IMG/VR virus record: IMGVR_UViG_3300043103_000108 | Coordinates: 1 to 38,425 of that record | Direction: 5' to 3' (one strand) | Source of the DNA: a virus | Taxonomy: Duplodnaviria; Caudoviricetes | Length of the DNA stretch: 38,425 nucleotides | Shown: positions 36,097 to 38,425 of the stretch, piece after piece | Layout of the letters: each line of letters opens with the position of its first letter | Numbering within the stretch: the first letter of the stretch is position 1 | The notes under the pieces: model-generated | What the model saw: the letters and a program-made list of their open reading frames with translations, nothing else | What the model was told of the DNA's origin: nothing | Databases searched by the model: none | Position numbers and translations under genes: made by a program

Positions 36097-36117
36097 TTTC
36101 CTATTAGGTACCGATTA
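36097..36117 (-). promoter_or_regulatory. putative phage RNAP promoter (copy 5)
   Basis: Reverse complement TAATCGGTACCTAATAGGAAA, directly upstream of phoH. Confidence 0.8.
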
Positions 36118-36567
36118 AGCGGCGTGGTATTCGGCTTCAGTTAAGATGCCAGCTTTGTATTTGTTTTCAGGACGGAAGATAGTTAACTTTTGTTGACGCA
36201 TTTCAGGTGCAAAACTAAGATGCATCCAACGACCAAACTCATGGATCATCTGATCAAACTTAATGTTAGCTTTTTCAACTTCATGGCATAGCTGAATAGG
36301 GGTTAGCTTAGATGAAGACACATCAATAGCCCAGCCATCCATGTGGCTTGACACCTTAGATCCACCTACTGCAACGTTAACATCAGGCAATCTTAGCCAA
36401 GAATTAATGTTTAATGGACCTGTCACTGCTCGTAAACGTTCAAGATTCTGAGCAGCAAACTTCATGTTTTCTAATTGTAGGGTAGAAGGTTGATTAGGGA
36501 TACCCATACGAATAGCTGTGTCAGAATGGGTTGCTTCATCTAACGTAAAATGTTCTGATAAATTCAC
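36115..36567 (-). CDS. endolysin, peptidase M15A family
   Basis: LSEHFTLDE, SWLR, SSHMDGWAID, WMHLS zinc ligands. Confidence 0.9.
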   Translation of the reverse strand: MNLSEHFTLDEATHSDTAIRMGIPNQPSTLQLENMKFAAQNLERLRAVTGPLNINSWLRLPDVNVAVGGSKVSSHMDGWAIDVSSSKLTPIQLCHEVEKANIKFDQMIHEFGRWMHLSFAPEMRQQKLTIFRPENKYKAGILTEAEYHAA

Positions 36568-36974
36568 TTAGTGTCCTTTATTTGGTTGTATCTGTCAATA
36601 CAGTAGTTGAGGTCTCTAATTGCATTGTCTCCATCTTCGGCAATGGAGATAAGATCTTGACTAGTCTGGTTGTCAAGTTCGGCTCTCGTTTCTGTAGTTC
36701 CAAGGGGGGTACTACAAGAGGAATTGACGGGGATTGACAAGCGGATAGCGCCAGAGTTAACATCAGCACGGAGCTGATTAATTTTAATTTGTGCATTTTG
36801 TTTTTCCTTTTGGAATATTGCAGCTGATTTGTTGGCTTCTTCAGCCATGACCGTATTTAAACGACCAATCTCAACTTGTTGTTCTAAATACGCTTGATGG
36901 TGGCCCCAACCAAAGGAGCCAATTAATGCAATAATTAAACCTAATATAACGGTAGGGTTAAACAGGCTTAGCAT
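36564..36974 (-). CDS. i-spanin (Rz-like)
   Basis: N-terminal TM, coiled coil, LRADVNSGAIRLSI, GDNAIRDLNYCI. Confidence 0.85.
   Translation of the reverse strand: MLSLFNPTVILGLIIALIGSFGWGHHQAYLEQQVEIGRLNTVMAEEANKSAAIFQKEKQNAQIKINQLRADVNSGAIRLSIPVNSSCSTPLGTTETRAELDNQTSQDLISIAEDGDNAIRDLNYCIDRYNQIKDTK
36578..36796 (-). CDS. o-spanin (Rz1-like lipoprotein) embedded in the i-spanin gene
   Basis: Signal peptide with lipobox LSAC, Pro-rich; alternative frame fully within Rz. Confidence 0.8.
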   Translation of the reverse strand: MHKLKLISSVLMLTLALSACQSPSIPLVVPPLELQKREPNLTTRLVKILSPLPKMETMQLETSTTVLTDTTK

Positions 36975-37221
36975 CCTCTTCCTTTTTCTCAGTTTTATTT
37001 AAAGCAGAAATACCAAGAATTGCAGCAAAAGCAATATGAACAAAACCACCATTAGTTAGTGTTAAAGGTATCCATTGTCTAAATGCATCATTAGAGGCTT
37101 GAATTTCCCAGAACTGTACAATAGTGTACATAATTGGAAATGCAATAAAGTCAGCAATGTTAATTGCCATGTAAGTCAGACCCATTAGATAAGTCCACTT
37201 CTTTTTCATTAGTTCGTCCAT
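36958..37221 (-). CDS. putative holin
   Basis: Two hydrophobic helices, WIPLTLTNGGFVHIAFAAILG, charged C-tail; in lysis cassette. Confidence 0.65.
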   Translation of the reverse strand: MDELMKKKWTYLMGLTYMAINIADFIAFPIMYTIVQFWEIQASNDAFRQWIPLTLTNGGFVHIAFAAILGISALNKTEKKEEDAKPV

Positions 37222-37423
37222 GTTGTTTTTCCTTATTAAACTTTTCGATTTTTAAATCAAGTTCTTTTATTTTCTTTTCTACTTTGTATTTAGTCTCATG
37301 TATATCTAAGTACATACCTAATAGTATAGGTGTGGTAATAAAGATACATAACACAACTAACACAGCACCTGCTAACGAAGTTATTGACGAATGATTAGAG
37401 TTATCCATAGGCCCCATATCCAT
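37160..37423 (-). CDS. single-TM coiled-coil protein (start uncertain)
   Basis: TM LAGAVLVVLCIFITTPILLG followed by Lys/Glu-rich coil. Confidence 0.55.
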   Translation of the reverse strand: MDMGPMDNSNHSSITSLAGAVLVVLCIFITTPILLGMYLDIHETKYKVEKKIKELDLKIEKFNKEKQHGRTNEKEVDLSNGSDLHGN

Positions 37424-38082
37424 GCTATTAGAACTAGTGTTACGAGTAGAGATACCAGCTCCAGTTTTAATTGGTTTTCTAGTTGTTCCTTGCGCCATTT
37501 CTTTTGGACCACCTCTCTTTGTTTTTTTATTCTTTCCAACTCTTGTTGTTCTTGAATAACACCTACTCGTTCTACTACCCTTGTGTATAAATCACCTAAT
37601 TCCTTAGGGCTAGAATACACCATTGTTTCTCTAATTTGTTTTTGTAACTTTTGAATTTCAACCATAGCGTATTCTATATCTACAGCTGATCCTAAAAGTT
37701 GACCATCGTTTATTGCTTCAAGAGACTTAGCTTGAGATTCCGCTAATTTTTCTTTAAGTTGTGATAAACAAGTAAAGAAGATTTTGAGTTGATTAATTAA
37801 ATCAATAGTGATACTTAGCTCATCTATCTCTTCAACTTCAACTCTCTTTTTAACCTTCTTTACTGGCTCGTTAATAATTAAATCTACAGGTTTATTTTTA
37901 TCAGGAAAGAATTTAGACTTTAAAAATGCCCATACTCCAGTAACTTCTTTAGCAATCCCTTTTACTTCATTAAGGGTCTTCTTTGCTTTTGTAACAGTAC
38001 CTTTGTATTCTTTATAAAGTTCACATCCTTGCTGAATAGCTGATACAGCTGCATTAGCAGCAGCAAGAATGGCTAATGGCAT
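37381..38082 (-). CDS. coiled-coil protein with C-terminal TM
   Basis: Long helical ORF; C-terminal hydrophobic anchor. Confidence 0.7.
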   Translation of the reverse strand: MPLAILAAANAAVSAIQQGCELYKEYKGTVTKAKKTLNEVKGIAKEVTGVWAFLKSKFFPDKNKPVDLIINEPVKKVKKRVEVEEIDELSITIDLINQLKIFFTCLSQLKEKLAESQAKSLEAINDGQLLGSAVDIEYAMVEIQKLQKQIRETMVYSSPKELGDLYTRVVERVGVIQEQQELERIKKQREVVQKKWRKEQLENQLKLELVSLLVTLVLIAWIWGLWITLIIRQ

Positions 38083-38289
38083 TTACATACCTATTAGCTT
38101 TTTAAAAAATTCAGCTGCAGCACCCGGACCAAGAAGAACTGCAGCCATAACTGCATATAGCAAATACTCAATCTTGGTCATGCGTTTATCGCCTTTTTCA
38201 AGACCATGATTAATTGTTTCGTAGCGTTGAGCACAGACGGCTTCGTGCGTTTGCAGCTTGGCCTCTGTGGTTGATATCATCTCTGACAT
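38083..38289 (-). CDS. small coiled-coil + TM protein (XhlA/holin-like)
   Basis: HEAVCAQRY...RMTKIEYLLYAVMAAVLLG. Confidence 0.65.
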   Translation of the reverse strand: MSEMISTTEAKLQTHEAVCAQRYETINHGLEKGDKRMTKIEYLLYAVMAAVLLGPGAAAEFFKKLIGM

Positions 38290-38298
38290 TGGTTACTC

Positions 38299-38424
38299 TT
38301 ACCAAGGCAAACCAGAGGCTTGAACAGGGTTACGCTGTGCTTCAATCTGTGCAGCCAATGAAGCCTCTACAGTTGCCTCACCTAGTTTGTCTTTGACCCA
38401 TGCAATCACTTGAGCTTCAGTCAA
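38299..38424 (-). CDS. partial phage protein (3' end), probably tail-fibre associated
   Basis: LTEAQVIAWVKDKLGEATVEASLAAQIEAQRNPVQASGLPW*; runs off the window. Confidence 0.6.
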   Translation of the reverse strand: MTEAQVIAWVKDKLGEATVEASLAAQIEAQRNPVQASGLPW

Positions 38425-38425
38425 G

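Noticed and set aside
1-38425. Stop-codon reassignment or introns/inteins
   Set aside because: Genes tile fully with the standard code, no suppressor tRNA is present, and the core enzymes are uninterrupted

Overview
This 38.4-kb window is part of a lytic, podovirus-like dsDNA phage genome, probably infecting a Gram-negative host (it has Rz/Rz1 spanins). Two arms converge on a bidirectional terminator at ~20.06-20.11 kb. The + arm carries many small early ORFs, an Rnl2-type RNA ligase, nucleotide-metabolism genes (NDT, DUF3310-like, MazG-like, dCMP deaminase, class II RNR, thioredoxin), GIY-YIG and EndoVII-type nucleases, a T7-like replisome (PolA, 5'-3' exonuclease, primase-helicase), a short 734-aa single-subunit RNA polymerase, five tRNAs and a Dps-like protein. 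The - arm carries a lysis cassette, PhoH, tail proteins and large internal/ejection proteins. Capsid, portal and terminase genes are not in the window. The main finding is that the last gene of the virion arm (20112-23648, 1178 aa) has all T7/N4-type RNAP motifs in divergent form. The phage therefore appears to encode two single-subunit RNAPs, one probably a stand-alone virion RNAP about the size of the N4 mini-vRNAP. Other notable features are a 21-bp phage promoter found in 5 copies (TAGTCGGTACCTAATAGGAAA), a ~230-nt candidate pseudoknotted ncRNA ahead of the tRNA cluster, an SNase-like domain on an ejection protein, and a PolA with changes at two normally invariant active-site residues. All assignments come from reading motifs by eye; no database searches were run.
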